Positions 29,638-38,754 of a stretch of 64,000 nucleotides of DNA are shown here, in pieces (position 1 is the stretch's first letter; the number at the start of each line of letters is the position of its first letter). The stretch lies in contig SDNX01000001.1 of assembly GCA_004524545.1 (NCBI GenBank), forward strand, positions 23,270-87,269, given 5' to 3'. The notes under the pieces were generated by a model. It did not search any database. It worked only from the letters and a program-made list of their open reading frames with translations, and was not told the DNA's origin. The DNA comes from Promethearchaeota archaeon (lineage in GTDB: Archaea; Asgardarchaeota; Lokiarchaeia; Sigyniarchaeales; Promethearchaeaceae). The translations under genes and the position numbers were made by a program.

Positions 29638-29857
29638 TGCTGTTTCTTCTAACGAACTAATAACCCAGTCAAGATTCTATTACTGGGTCATGAAATTTAC
29701 TAACCAAAGTAGCTAATTCTTTCGGTATTGGGGTAGGAAATCAAATTCGATTTGCAAATAATTGCCTGAAGATGTCATACTCTCTTAGAACCGATTTAGA
29801 ATTATAACTTCATCTATTTTGTCTTAAAGTTAGATCAAGCAAGGAATATTTAAGAAA

Positions 29858-30286
29858 TCACTGTGTCTTTCTGGATTGGTGCAAAGATGAGTGGAGATCG
29901 TCACATCGTTTATACCATACTATTTTATATTCTTCATGACTCACAATCCGACTAGCTAACTCTACAACTGAATGTATTCCTGCGTCTGCACACCATTGTA
30001 CACAAATTTCATACATTTCCCAGTCCAATTCCTCATATTCCCAATACACGGGCATTGTTTTTTGTCCATATAAATGGAGTGCGACGGCGCGAGTGTGACC
30101 GTCTACGAAAATTGTTTTTCCATTTAATTCCTTAATTGGAATGGGATCTTTAATTGAAGGATATTCGGGATTTAACGAATTTTGGATATCTTGCAGTTTT
30201 TGTTTACTTATGTACAATTGACTTGGATGGATGCTGGTTATTTCCACTTGAAAAATCTCTACCATTACCCAACATTTAGTCATCAT
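29858..30286 (-). CDS. ParB/Srx-like nuclease-domain protein
   Basis: IHPSQL...PIPI...FVDGHTRAVALHLYG matches ParB N-terminal domain (I..I.PsQ ... DGHHR..A) pattern; 142 aa. Confidence 0.4.
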   Translation of the reverse strand: MMTKCWVMVEIFQVEITSIHPSQLYISKQKLQDIQNSLNPEYPSIKDPIPIKELNGKTIFVDGHTRAVALHLYGQKTMPVYWEYEELDWEMYEICVQWCADAGIHSVVELASRIVSHEEYKIVWYKRCDDLHSSLHQSRKTQ

Positions 30287-30358
30287 TATTCATTAGACTT
30301 TTTCCTCTTTAGTGCAGGAACGAAATGTTAATAATTTAAATTTTCTAAAGTTGATTGA

Positions 30359-30676
30359 TTGATTATGACTGATTATGAACATCAGAAAATGAATAAGAAG
30401 ATGGAGAAAAGAGGAAATTTTATCCTATGGGTGGGACTTTTCCTAGTAGTGGTCGCAATCGTTTTCCTTATTATTGGGTTCACTAGCTCTATCACATATG
30501 CAATTATTGGTGCCTTTGCTCTGGTAATCGGAACCACAGCGGCAATATATGGACTCCAGCAAAAGAAAAAAGGGAAAGGAACTAATATTGGAATTGTGAC
30601 TGTTAAATGTCGAAAATGTGGCTACTTAGAGAGAGCGGGAGCAGAATTTTGCTCAAAGTGTGGGGAAGCTATGTAA
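30359..30676 (+). CDS. Small 2-TM membrane protein with C-terminal zinc ribbon, tandem paralog 1
   Basis: Basic N-terminus, two hydrophobic helices, CRKCGYLERAGAEFCSKCG. Confidence 0.5.
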   Translation: MIMTDYEHQKMNKKMEKRGNFILWVGLFLVVVAIVFLIIGFTSSITYAIIGAFALVIGTTAAIYGLQQKKKGKGTNIGIVTVKCRKCGYLERAGAEFCSKCGEAM

Positions 30677-30780
30677 GTTTGCATTATTTGATTGTTTTTA
30701 TTTAATTTTTTATTTTTACGGACCTCAAACCCATTAGATAGCTTTATTAACTTTTATTTATCATTCAATCTTGATGTATT

Positions 30781-31224
30781 ATGCCAATTAGCGATGAAGA
30801 ATATAATCAAACGAAAGCTAAACTCACCAAAAGATCGAAAACATTTCTCACTTGGGGGGGTTTAGTCCTAATAGCAGCAATTACAATGATAGTATTAAGT
30901 TTCGTTTTCTCAGATTTCGGTCCTAATATTGCTCTGATGATTCCAGCATTTTTTATGCTATTCATTGGAATTGTATTGTGCATGATTAGTTTGCAATTGT
31001 GGTATGCAACAAAAGTAGATAAAATTACAGGATATATGTCGAAAGCTACTGGAGATTCAGCCAAATATACGACAGAGAAAGTGACGGATGGTTTCGCTAC
31101 TGGTCTTGAGAGGCATGGAATGTCATTAGGAGGTAAAGAAACTATTAAAGTGAAATGTCGCAACTGCGGATACTTGGAAAGTGAAGATGCTGAATTTTGT
31201 AGCAAATGTGGACAATCCATATAA
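30781..31224 (+). CDS. Small 2-TM membrane protein with C-terminal zinc ribbon, tandem paralog 2
   Basis: ...GMSLGGKETIKVKCRNCGYLESEDAEFCSKCGQSI. Confidence 0.55.
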   Translation: MPISDEEYNQTKAKLTKRSKTFLTWGGLVLIAAITMIVLSFVFSDFGPNIALMIPAFFMLFIGIVLCMISLQLWYATKVDKITGYMSKATGDSAKYTTEKVTDGFATGLERHGMSLGGKETIKVKCRNCGYLESEDAEFCSKCGQSI

Positions 31225-31243
31225 CCGAAAATGTGATTCTGTT
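31113..31243 (+). repeat. 131-bp segment identical to 31799..31929 (3' end of paralog gene plus 22 nt downstream)
   Basis: Base-by-base identical from gcatggaatgtcattagg through gtgattctgtt. Confidence 0.9.
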
Positions 31244-31448
31244 AAAAATCCAACCTTTTTCTTTATTTTCTGATGACTGTAACAATTTAGAAACAGAAGA
31301 TATGAAACACGATTCCGAATGCTCAGAATTCTACCAATATCCCATTTTCAATTTGGACAACACTGTTCATTTCTTCTCATTTTTTACAAAGAAGATCTTT
31401 GCAAGAAACGTTTATTAGGTTCATTTTTCCATAGAAGATTGATAGCTT

Positions 31449-31910
31449 ATGAGTATTAGTGATCAAGAATATGAAGAAATGAAAGCAAATGCCCGAAAAC
31501 GAGGTAGAAACCTAATTACAGTGGGACTTATACTTGTAGTGGCAGGGCTTGTTCTCTTAGTATGGGGAATTGTCGACGTTTTAAATATTGATATAGAATC
31601 CGGACTTCCATTCCTTTGGAAAATGATTGTAGGTGGGGCACTGTCTTCCATTGGGATTATTCCATTTGGTGTAGGAATGTATTTCTATATGGCAAGCAAG
31701 ATGGATAAGATTGCGAAGTTTTATTCTCGAGCAACAGGACCTGCAATGAGATACACCACTGAAAACGTTACTGATGGGTTTGCTACTGGACTGCAGAAGC
31801 ATGGAATGTCATTAGGAGGTAAAGAAACTATTAAAGTGAAATGTCGCAACTGCGGATACTTGGAAAGTGAAGATGCTGAATTTTGTAGCAAATGTGGACA
31901 ATCCATATAA
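31449..31910 (+). CDS. Small 2-TM membrane protein with C-terminal zinc ribbon, tandem paralog 3
   Basis: Last 36 aa identical to paralog 2. Confidence 0.55.
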   Translation: MSISDQEYEEMKANARKRGRNLITVGLILVVAGLVLLVWGIVDVLNIDIESGLPFLWKMIVGGALSSIGIIPFGVGMYFYMASKMDKIAKFYSRATGPAMRYTTENVTDGFATGLQKHGMSLGGKETIKVKCRNCGYLESEDAEFCSKCGQSI

Positions 31911-31929
31911 CCGAAAATGTGATTCTGTT
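31799..31929 (+). repeat. Second copy of 131-bp identical segment
   Basis: See 31113..31243. Confidence 0.9.
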
Positions 31930-32010
31930 GAAAATTTGATATTTTTATTTATTTTTTATTATTATTCTTATTTTATTTTTCATTTAAACTAATTATTTAA
32001 TCTACGAACC

Positions 32011-33377
32011 ATGATTCTAAGTGTGACTGAGATCAATCCCAGCCCGAAAACGAAGAAAAGGATGTATTTCTTATCCACTATAAGAGCTAATTGGCGCAAT
32101 TCTACAAAAGAAGGTGAAGTTCTCGGATATCGAGAAATATTCTCTTATTCCTTTGCGGGATCGGGTGTAAACGGGATAGGGTGGATGATGTCATTAACCG
32201 GTTTATTTTCATCAACGATTCTGATAGGTTCTATTTATCAAATTAGTGCTGCAGTTCTGTATATGATGACTTCGGTGATTACATTCATCGGTTTTGTTAA
32301 AGCACCCATAATTAGTATGATAATGGATAATACTCGCAGTAGCAAAGGAAAATTTAAGCCGTTCTTAATATGGTTGGGTATACCATCGGTTATCTTCATT
32401 TGCCTAATTCCCTATGTTCCGTTATCGTGGATAGAGATAATTGAGTTTACAATTTTTGATAAACCAGTCAGTAGAGCTGCATTTGTTATCTTTATCCTGC
32501 AAGTTCTCATTTCATTTACATTTCCTGTTACAACGGTTGCGTATGCAGGATTAGGGTCTTCCTCCCTATTTTCGGGATTTTGAGCTTTTTACTCATCCTG
32601 TTAGTCTATTATAACGTTGAAGAACGGATTGTGATGGAAAAGGATTATAAACCAAAAATTAAGTTCTGGCACGGTGTGAAAAGCCTTGGTTCGAACAAGT
32701 ATCTCTGGATGGTATTTTTGGGAACGGCATTAATGAATGTTAGAGTATTAACGAATATAGTTCCGTGGATAAATATATACGCTATACAAGAGGATTATGC
32801 GATGTCCCTATCAGTGATAATATTGGGGACCACTTTAGTACCCGGAATGCTATTGACGGGCTTGTTTCTAAAGAAATTCGGAAAGAGAAATCTCATGTTG
32901 GCAAGCGGATTCACGACAACCATGTTATACATTCCCATGATTGTTTTTCCTGTTCGTCCAATTTCACTCCTCGTATTGATGGGCTGTCAAATTTTATCCA
33001 ATGGTTTCCAAACTTGTGTGGTAATCATGCCTGCAGATGCGCTGTATCATCAACAACTTAAAACAGGAGAGCGTCTTGAGGGATTTTACGGAAATTTCAG
33101 TCAACTCATCGCTGGAATTGTGTTGTTGATTGCAGGATTAATTGTTCCTTTTATCTTGCAAGCATCTGGAATGCCAGAATCCGCTGATGTACTTGTTGAT
33201 GAAAATATTCGGAATGCAGTTTTTCGAAATTTGAATATATTCACAATGATTGTGGTATTTTTTGCGACTATACCTTATTTGTTCTGGGATCTCTCTGAGG
33301 AGAAGCATAAAGAAATCACCAAGCAATTAGAAATGATCGCTAAAGAGAAAGATAGGGTTAAGCAATCAGAATTTTGA
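32011..33377 (+). pseudogene. GPH-family (MelB/GusB-like) cation:glycoside symporter paralog, split by frameshift at ~32580 and carrying an internal deletion relative to 33424..34896
   Basis: ORF 32011..32583 (N-half incl. MDNTRSSKGKFKPFLIW) and 32580..33377 (C-half, first ATG 32634) together align with the 490-aa neighbour; ~60 aa missing around junction. Confidence 0.5.
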
Positions 33378-33423
33378 GTTTCATTTGGAGTAATTATTTA
33401 ATTAAAGATACATGAATTAAACT

Positions 33424-34896
33424 GTGTCTGAGGAAGAAAAATCCCCCAATAATCATCCAAGTGACCGGAATTTTTTAAACATAGGAGAAATTCTATCCTA
33501 TTCTTTTGGATCGAGTGGAATCAACGGTTTGGGAACTCTTTTTACTTTAATGAGCTTGAATATAACTACAATTTTGATGGGTTCTGTCTACCAAATGAGT
33601 CCGGTTATTATGTATTTGATGACTTCGATAATCACGTTTATTAGCCTGGTGAAAACTCCCATTATAAGCTCATTAATGGATAATACAAAAAATACGAGAG
33701 GAAAATTTAAACCGTACTTGATTTGGATGGGAATTCCCACAACTGTATTGCTTAGTATAATCCCTTTTGTACCTTTATCTTGGATTGAGATTCCTGTTTT
33801 TACCTTAATCTCAGAACCTCTTAGTTTAGCGGGTTTAATGATTTTTATACTCCAAATATTGATTTCCCTTACTTGGCCTACACTTTTGGTCGCTAACACG
33901 AGTTTGGGACAGGTTATTACCCCGAACACGCTTGAACGGGCAAGAATGTTCTCGTTCCATTCGATTCTTTCTTCATTATGGCCATCAGTTGTTTCAATCG
34001 GCTTTCCAATCCTCTCAATACTCACTATTCAAGGAGCTACGACGGGTCAACAAAGTATACTTAGCTACAGAGTATGGTTTCCGATGTTTGCGGTTTTAAG
34101 CTTTGTATTAACTTTATTTTCCTATTTTAATTGTAAAGAAAGGATCATTGTTGAGTTAGGTTATAAACCAAAAGTCAATTTCCGACATGGAATTAGAAGT
34201 TTAGGTTCAAATAAGTTTTTCTGGATTGCAACAATTTCTGGTGTTTTTGGTGCGATTAGAATAGGAGGGAATTTACAGAATTGGATAAATATTTATTCGT
34301 TGAAAAGCGATATAGCAACAGCTATTTCTACTACACTTCTAGGAAATGCAATGGTTCCAGGGATGCTACTCACTAGTTTTATGGTTAGGAAATTTGGAAA
34401 AAAAAGTTTAATGTTATTTACAGGATTTGGTTCTACCCTGTTGTATATCCCAATGATAATGTTTCCGAGTCTTCCCATCTTCTTACTTGTAATGATTTTT
34501 CTTCAAAATGCGTTAGCCGGATTTGGAATTTGTGTTGCAATTATGCCCGCAGACGCTTTAGATGCACAACAACTGACAACAGGTGAGAGATTAGAAGGGT
34601 TTTGGGGGATGTTCAATCAGCTCATATTAGCCGTTGTTTGGTTAGGATCAGGCTTGATTGGTCCCGCTATACTACGAGCTTCCGGACTGGACGGGGTTAC
34701 TGGAACAAATAACATGGAAATAGACATCATTCGATATGCAGTGTTTAGAAATATGAGTATAATGAGTGGAATAGCGTGTTTCTTTCAGACTATTCCTTAC
34801 ATATTCTGGGATCTATCTGAAGAAGAACATAGAGAGATTATTAGACAATTAGAGCAAATCGCAAAGGAAAAAAACGGAATAAGTAAAATATCCTAA
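33424..34896 (+). CDS. GPH-family (glycoside-pentoside-hexuronide) cation symporter
   Basis: 12-TM 490 aa; LMDNTKNTRGKFKPYLIWMG matches GPH D-x-T-x-x-R-x-G-K-F-[KR]-P-[WY] loop signature. Confidence 0.7.
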   Translation: MSEEEKSPNNHPSDRNFLNIGEILSYSFGSSGINGLGTLFTLMSLNITTILMGSVYQMSPVIMYLMTSIITFISLVKTPIISSLMDNTKNTRGKFKPYLIWMGIPTTVLLSIIPFVPLSWIEIPVFTLISEPLSLAGLMIFILQILISLTWPTLLVANTSLGQVITPNTLERARMFSFHSILSSLWPSVVSIGFPILSILTIQGATTGQQSILSYRVWFPMFAVLSFVLTLFSYFNCKERIIVELGYKPKVNFRHGIRSLGSNKFFWIATISGVFGAIRIGGNLQNWINIYSLKSDIATAISTTLLGNAMVPGMLLTSFMVRKFGKKSLMLFTGFGSTLLYIPMIMFPSLPIFLLVMIFLQNALAGFGICVAIMPADALDAQQLTTGERLEGFWGMFNQLILAVVWLGSGLIGPAILRASGLDGVTGTNNMEIDIIRYAVFRNMSIMSGIACFFQTIPYIFWDLSEEEHREIIRQLEQIAKEKNGISKIS

Positions 34897-34897
34897 C

Positions 34898-36421
34898 TTA
34901 TGTTCCCGCTATTCTTTTTGGTAATCGAGATTGATTTTTCAAACACTCTTGGAATAGTTGATTTACAAGTTGAAACCGTAGATCTTTCAATTTCTTATCA
35001 TACCACAGATTGTTCATCTCATAGGGGTCAGATTTCCTATCAAATAAGTCTCCGTGATGGGGATAACCCTCATACATGGTTAGTTTGTATTCCTTAGTAA
35101 CTAGATGACGTAGTCGCACATTTAATCGCCCCACTTCTTCATCATTTTCTATAAGTACACAATTACGTGGTTCAACTGAGGAATCATTAGGGGATTGTAA
35201 AACTGGGAGCATATTCATACCTTGCATTTCTGGTAGCTGGCGCTTTTTTATTCCAACCATGTTCATCAGAGTAACAGGGTAATCCACTTGAGTTATCAAT
35301 GCTTCTGAGACAGCTGGTTTACAATCTGGTACTCGCCATATCATTGGGATATGAAATACTCCCATTCCATGAGAAGGTCCTTTGAAGAGCATTCCATGCT
35401 CTCCCATGAGGTCTCCATGGTCACTTGTATAAATTGTAATAGTATTGTCCCGATATCCTAATCGATCTATTGCCTTTAAGATCTCTCCTATGTGCAGATC
35501 CATCAGAGTGACTATCCCATATGTATAGGCTATGAATTTCTTTACTTCTTCTTCTGTAGTTTCCCGCAACATAGCACCTGGCATCACGTTGATAAATTGC
35601 CCAAGATACGGATGGTCTCGCAAATTCTCGAGATTGTTAAAATTAGGAGGGAGTTCCATATCTTTTTCCTTGTACATAGTCCGGTATTTTCCTGGAGGAA
35701 AACATGGTTGGTGGGGATCCGGAAATCCGCAATGAAGATAGAAAGGAGTGTCTCCATACTCTCCTTGTGCATGCCGTTCCAAGAATGCTATTGTTCTCTC
35801 CGCTACATATGCACTTGAGTATAATTTAGCGGGGATCTTATGCTCTGTAAACACTCCAAAGAAGTTATCCATATCTCTCCAGCGTTCTCGCATGTTTCCT
35901 GCGAGATGTGGAGCCCGTTCTTCTAACCAGTTTAGATAGTGACCGGTTAAGCATGCACCATGGCCAAGGCACATTTCTACTTCTTGAAATCCATAATAAG
36001 GAATCGGAAAATTATCATGAACTGGCATCCTTTCTGGTTGGGATGTCCAACCAAGAAAACTTTCTGCACTGGGAAATCCATCAAACCATGGAGCTACATT
36101 ATATTGCAAATGTAATTTTCCGAAAGCTGCAGTATAATATCCATGTTTTACCAAAGTATCAGTGAGAGTAGGAATTTTTTCCGAAAGGATCATACCATTA
36201 CTGCGAACTCCATGTGTGTTAGGATATAAACCAGTCATTAGAGAAGCGCGAGTTGGCATGCACATTGCTCCACAGGAAAACGCTTCCGTAAAATGCACGC
36301 TTTCAGAGGAAAACTTATCTAGAATCGGGGTCTTAACCACAGAATTGCCTGAACACCCCATATGATCATACCGGTGTTGGTCCGAAATAATAAAAAGTAC
36401 ATTCTGTTTGTCGGTTGCCAT
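34898..36421 (-). CDS. Cys-type sulfatase (arylsulfatase family)
   Basis: Sulfatase signature C-M-P-T-R-A-S-L-M-T-G; N-terminal LFIISDQHRYDHMG; ORF opens at 36502, ATG 36421 (MATDKQNV). Confidence 0.85.
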   Translation of the reverse strand: MATDKQNVLFIISDQHRYDHMGCSGNSVVKTPILDKFSSESVHFTEAFSCGAMCMPTRASLMTGLYPNTHGVRSNGMILSEKIPTLTDTLVKHGYYTAAFGKLHLQYNVAPWFDGFPSAESFLGWTSQPERMPVHDNFPIPYYGFQEVEMCLGHGACLTGHYLNWLEERAPHLAGNMRERWRDMDNFFGVFTEHKIPAKLYSSAYVAERTIAFLERHAQGEYGDTPFYLHCGFPDPHQPCFPPGKYRTMYKEKDMELPPNFNNLENLRDHPYLGQFINVMPGAMLRETTEEEVKKFIAYTYGIVTLMDLHIGEILKAIDRLGYRDNTITIYTSDHGDLMGEHGMLFKGPSHGMGVFHIPMIWRVPDCKPAVSEALITQVDYPVTLMNMVGIKKRQLPEMQGMNMLPVLQSPNDSSVEPRNCVLIENDEEVGRLNVRLRHLVTKEYKLTMYEGYPHHGDLFDRKSDPYEMNNLWYDKKLKDLRFQLVNQLFQECLKNQSRLPKRIAGT

Positions 36422-36686
36422 CGCAAAATGGTTAATTTTTTGAAATTTAAATTGATCGGATAGATTGAGAATAAGAACCCGACACATTATTCCTTTATAC
36501 AAAACATCAATTTTCTAGACATCGATTTTATTAATCTTCATATCACTATATTTTATTGGTAAACTACTATGGAGGTAGTTTCGAATTTTAAATCAAATTG
36601 AAAGTTTAGGAAGAGCTCTTGTTGCATTACTAATTATAGGAGCGATTATTGGAATCATTGTAGCAATCGTTTACTTCAAATCCCTC

Positions 36687-37871
36687 GTGATCGTGCCCTT
36701 CAATGAATGTCATGTCGTCTCTAGAAAGCAGAAGGTGTCACAATACGACGGAAAGGGCCGGTACACTTTTTTTAAGTTCCTTCAAGGTCGAACAATCATC
36801 CCGATGTTCGTTCTAGATATTGAACCCCCACTTATAAAACTCCACGATATGGACAAATTACCGTTCGGTGTGGAGATTTCGGTAAAGGTACAGGTTACAG
36901 ATCCACAAATGGCTGCATCTAGGTTAACGAGAATTGATCACTCGACTATCTCAAAAGTGGTTGAAGATACGGTCATGAGTGCGAGCCGTTCAATTGCCAT
37001 GGAACGCACTATTTTGGATATAATGAAAGAACGGGAAGAAATTGAGAAAGCAATCTATACTATGGTCAGTGATGCTCTCAATAAACTCGGTTTGAGTCCT
37101 ATCATCTTCGATATTAAGAATATCCGGGATATTGAAGGTTCCGATGTAATTGCCAGTCTCGAACGAGTGAAAATTGCTGAATTGCGGAAAAATGCTCGAA
37201 TATCGGAAGCAAAGCACAACTCTGAAGCCACTATCATTGAAGTTGAGAAACGTAAGGATAGCTTGGTAAAAGCAGAAAACATGAAGCAAGAAGAAGAGCA
37301 TGCACGATTAAACCGTGAGAAAATGGTTGCTGAGGAAAATTTATCCGTTGAATTCCAAAGGTTGGAAATTATTGGGCAAAATGAACAGCGGAATGCGGAA
37401 ATCGAGAAGGAAAAGAAAATGACTCTTGCGGAAGCGGAAGCCGAGGCGGTTAGACTCAAAGCTAAGGCTGAAGCAGACGCTATACGTATGAAATTAGAAG
37501 CAGAGGCAGAAGGTATTCGACTGAAAGGGCTAGCAGAAGCCGAAGCGATATTCAAAAAGGCAGAAGCTATGCGGGAATACAATGATGTGTCCTCAAACCT
37601 AAAAGCCATTGAAATATTAGCCAACGCTCAGATTGAATCGTCAACTCAAGTTGCTAAAGCAATCGGTGCCAACAATAAGATCATATATCTTCCCATGAAT
37701 GGTGAGGGTATATTCTCAGGTTTTATTCCAAAAATGGATGCATTACTGCAATCCAATATTGTTCAAGAGGGGTTATCAGAAGTTATTGAAAATCTGAAAG
37801 GAATAAAAAGCGGAGACAAGAAGAGTAAAACGACTAAAAACAAGTTCATCGAAGATAGAAAATCTAATTAA
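36687..37871 (+). CDS. Flotillin-like SPFH/band-7 protein with EA-repeat coiled coil (N-terminus probably incomplete as annotated, see finding)
   Basis: SPFH core then AEAEAEAVRLKAKAEADAIRMKLEAEAEGIRLKGLAEAEA flotillin repeats. Confidence 0.8.
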   Translation: MIVPFNECHVVSRKQKVSQYDGKGRYTFFKFLQGRTIIPMFVLDIEPPLIKLHDMDKLPFGVEISVKVQVTDPQMAASRLTRIDHSTISKVVEDTVMSASRSIAMERTILDIMKEREEIEKAIYTMVSDALNKLGLSPIIFDIKNIRDIEGSDVIASLERVKIAELRKNARISEAKHNSEATIIEVEKRKDSLVKAENMKQEEEHARLNREKMVAEENLSVEFQRLEIIGQNEQRNAEIEKEKKMTLAEAEAEAVRLKAKAEADAIRMKLEAEAEGIRLKGLAEAEAIFKKAEAMREYNDVSSNLKAIEILANAQIESSTQVAKAIGANNKIIYLPMNGEGIFSGFIPKMDALLQSNIVQEGLSEVIENLKGIKSGDKKSKTTKNKFIEDRKSN

Positions 37872-37873
37872 TT

Positions 37874-37888
37874 TCTCTTTTTTTTTTA
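37874..37888 (+). terminator. Oligo-T tract after flotillin stop
   Basis: tctctttttttttt. Confidence 0.3.
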
Positions 37889-37900
37889 AGGGGTGTAATA

Positions 37901-38554
37901 ATGAAAATACCAATAGGCACGAAAGTCACAGTGGATTTATGGGATTCCAGAAATCGTCGAGGTATGGTCAAACATACTGGAGATACATTGAGTTTGTTAC
38001 GTGCTGAAAGTGATTTCTCCCTGGATAAGGGGCAAGGTGCAATTGTTGTCAAATCCTACGAAAATTTTGTGAAAATTATTCCTGCTGATGAATTTTCTAA
38101 AGCAATCACTGGAACGGGTAAGGATGTAAAAGTCGATAAAGAAGCACTAGTTGCGTTCATCCTCACGCATTTATATATCAGTATTGAATCCACAGGGGGA
38201 ATCGCATCAATATTGGACTTATTCCATTTTTTCAAACAAACATCCTTGAATGAATTCATCACATTGGATAAATTATATAAAATTTCCAAAATGTCATCGT
38301 TGCCATTTGAATGTATTTCAGATGAAGGAAATTTGTTTTTCGTGTTGCCAGATTCGGAACGTACTCAAGATTGCCGTGATTTAATCGCTCTAGCGAAAGA
38401 AGATCCCGTATTATCTGTTGCTAAAATCCGTCATAGGAAACATTGGTCGGATTTACGGATTCGCAAGACGCTGAACTACATGGTAAAAAAGAAATTTTGC
38501 AGGTTCGAGTCTTCCTATAAAGATGGTGAAGTGTATTTCTTCCCAAAAAACTAG
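37901..38554 (+). CDS. ESCRT-II Vps22/Vps36-like protein (EAP30 tandem winged-helix domain) with short N-terminal beta domain
   Basis: Residues ~85-215 align by eye with human SNF8 WH1/WH2: STGGIASILDLF~RNGGLITLEEL; LIALAKEDPVLSVAKIRHRKHW~LQLAEKNGYVTVSEIKASLKW; terminal EVYFFP~HYWLP. Confidence 0.5.
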   Translation: MKIPIGTKVTVDLWDSRNRRGMVKHTGDTLSLLRAESDFSLDKGQGAIVVKSYENFVKIIPADEFSKAITGTGKDVKVDKEALVAFILTHLYISIESTGGIASILDLFHFFKQTSLNEFITLDKLYKISKMSSLPFECISDEGNLFFVLPDSERTQDCRDLIALAKEDPVLSVAKIRHRKHWSDLRIRKTLNYMVKKKFCRFESSYKDGEVYFFPKN

Positions 38555-38754
38555 TTTACACTTAGTTTACAAATGGCAATCTGAGAATTTGTATCAGAAT
38601 TAAAAGGAGTTTGGTCAAAATCTGCAAATTTATACTCTATTTTAAAACCCCCGTGCTCTAGTAAACTGTCGAATTCACAGGTTCGTTCATAACATCATAG
38701 TGTTTTTTGCTAGAAGAATCTTCATCTTTAATTTTTATAACTCTCTTTGAGTGA

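Noticed and set aside
35492-36365. Several 60-110-aa plus-strand ORFs inside the sulfatase gene
   Set aside because: Nested in the antisense of a confidently assigned sulfatase; no motifs
37055-37624. 189-aa Ala/Ser-rich antisense ORF inside flotillin gene
   Set aside because: Antisense reading of GAAGC-type EA-repeat codons; flotillin on the plus strand has a clear domain signature
38572-38600. Short tandem near-repeat tagtttacac/ttagtttacaa in convergent intergenic region
   Set aside because: Only two units with mismatch; too short to call a functional repeat
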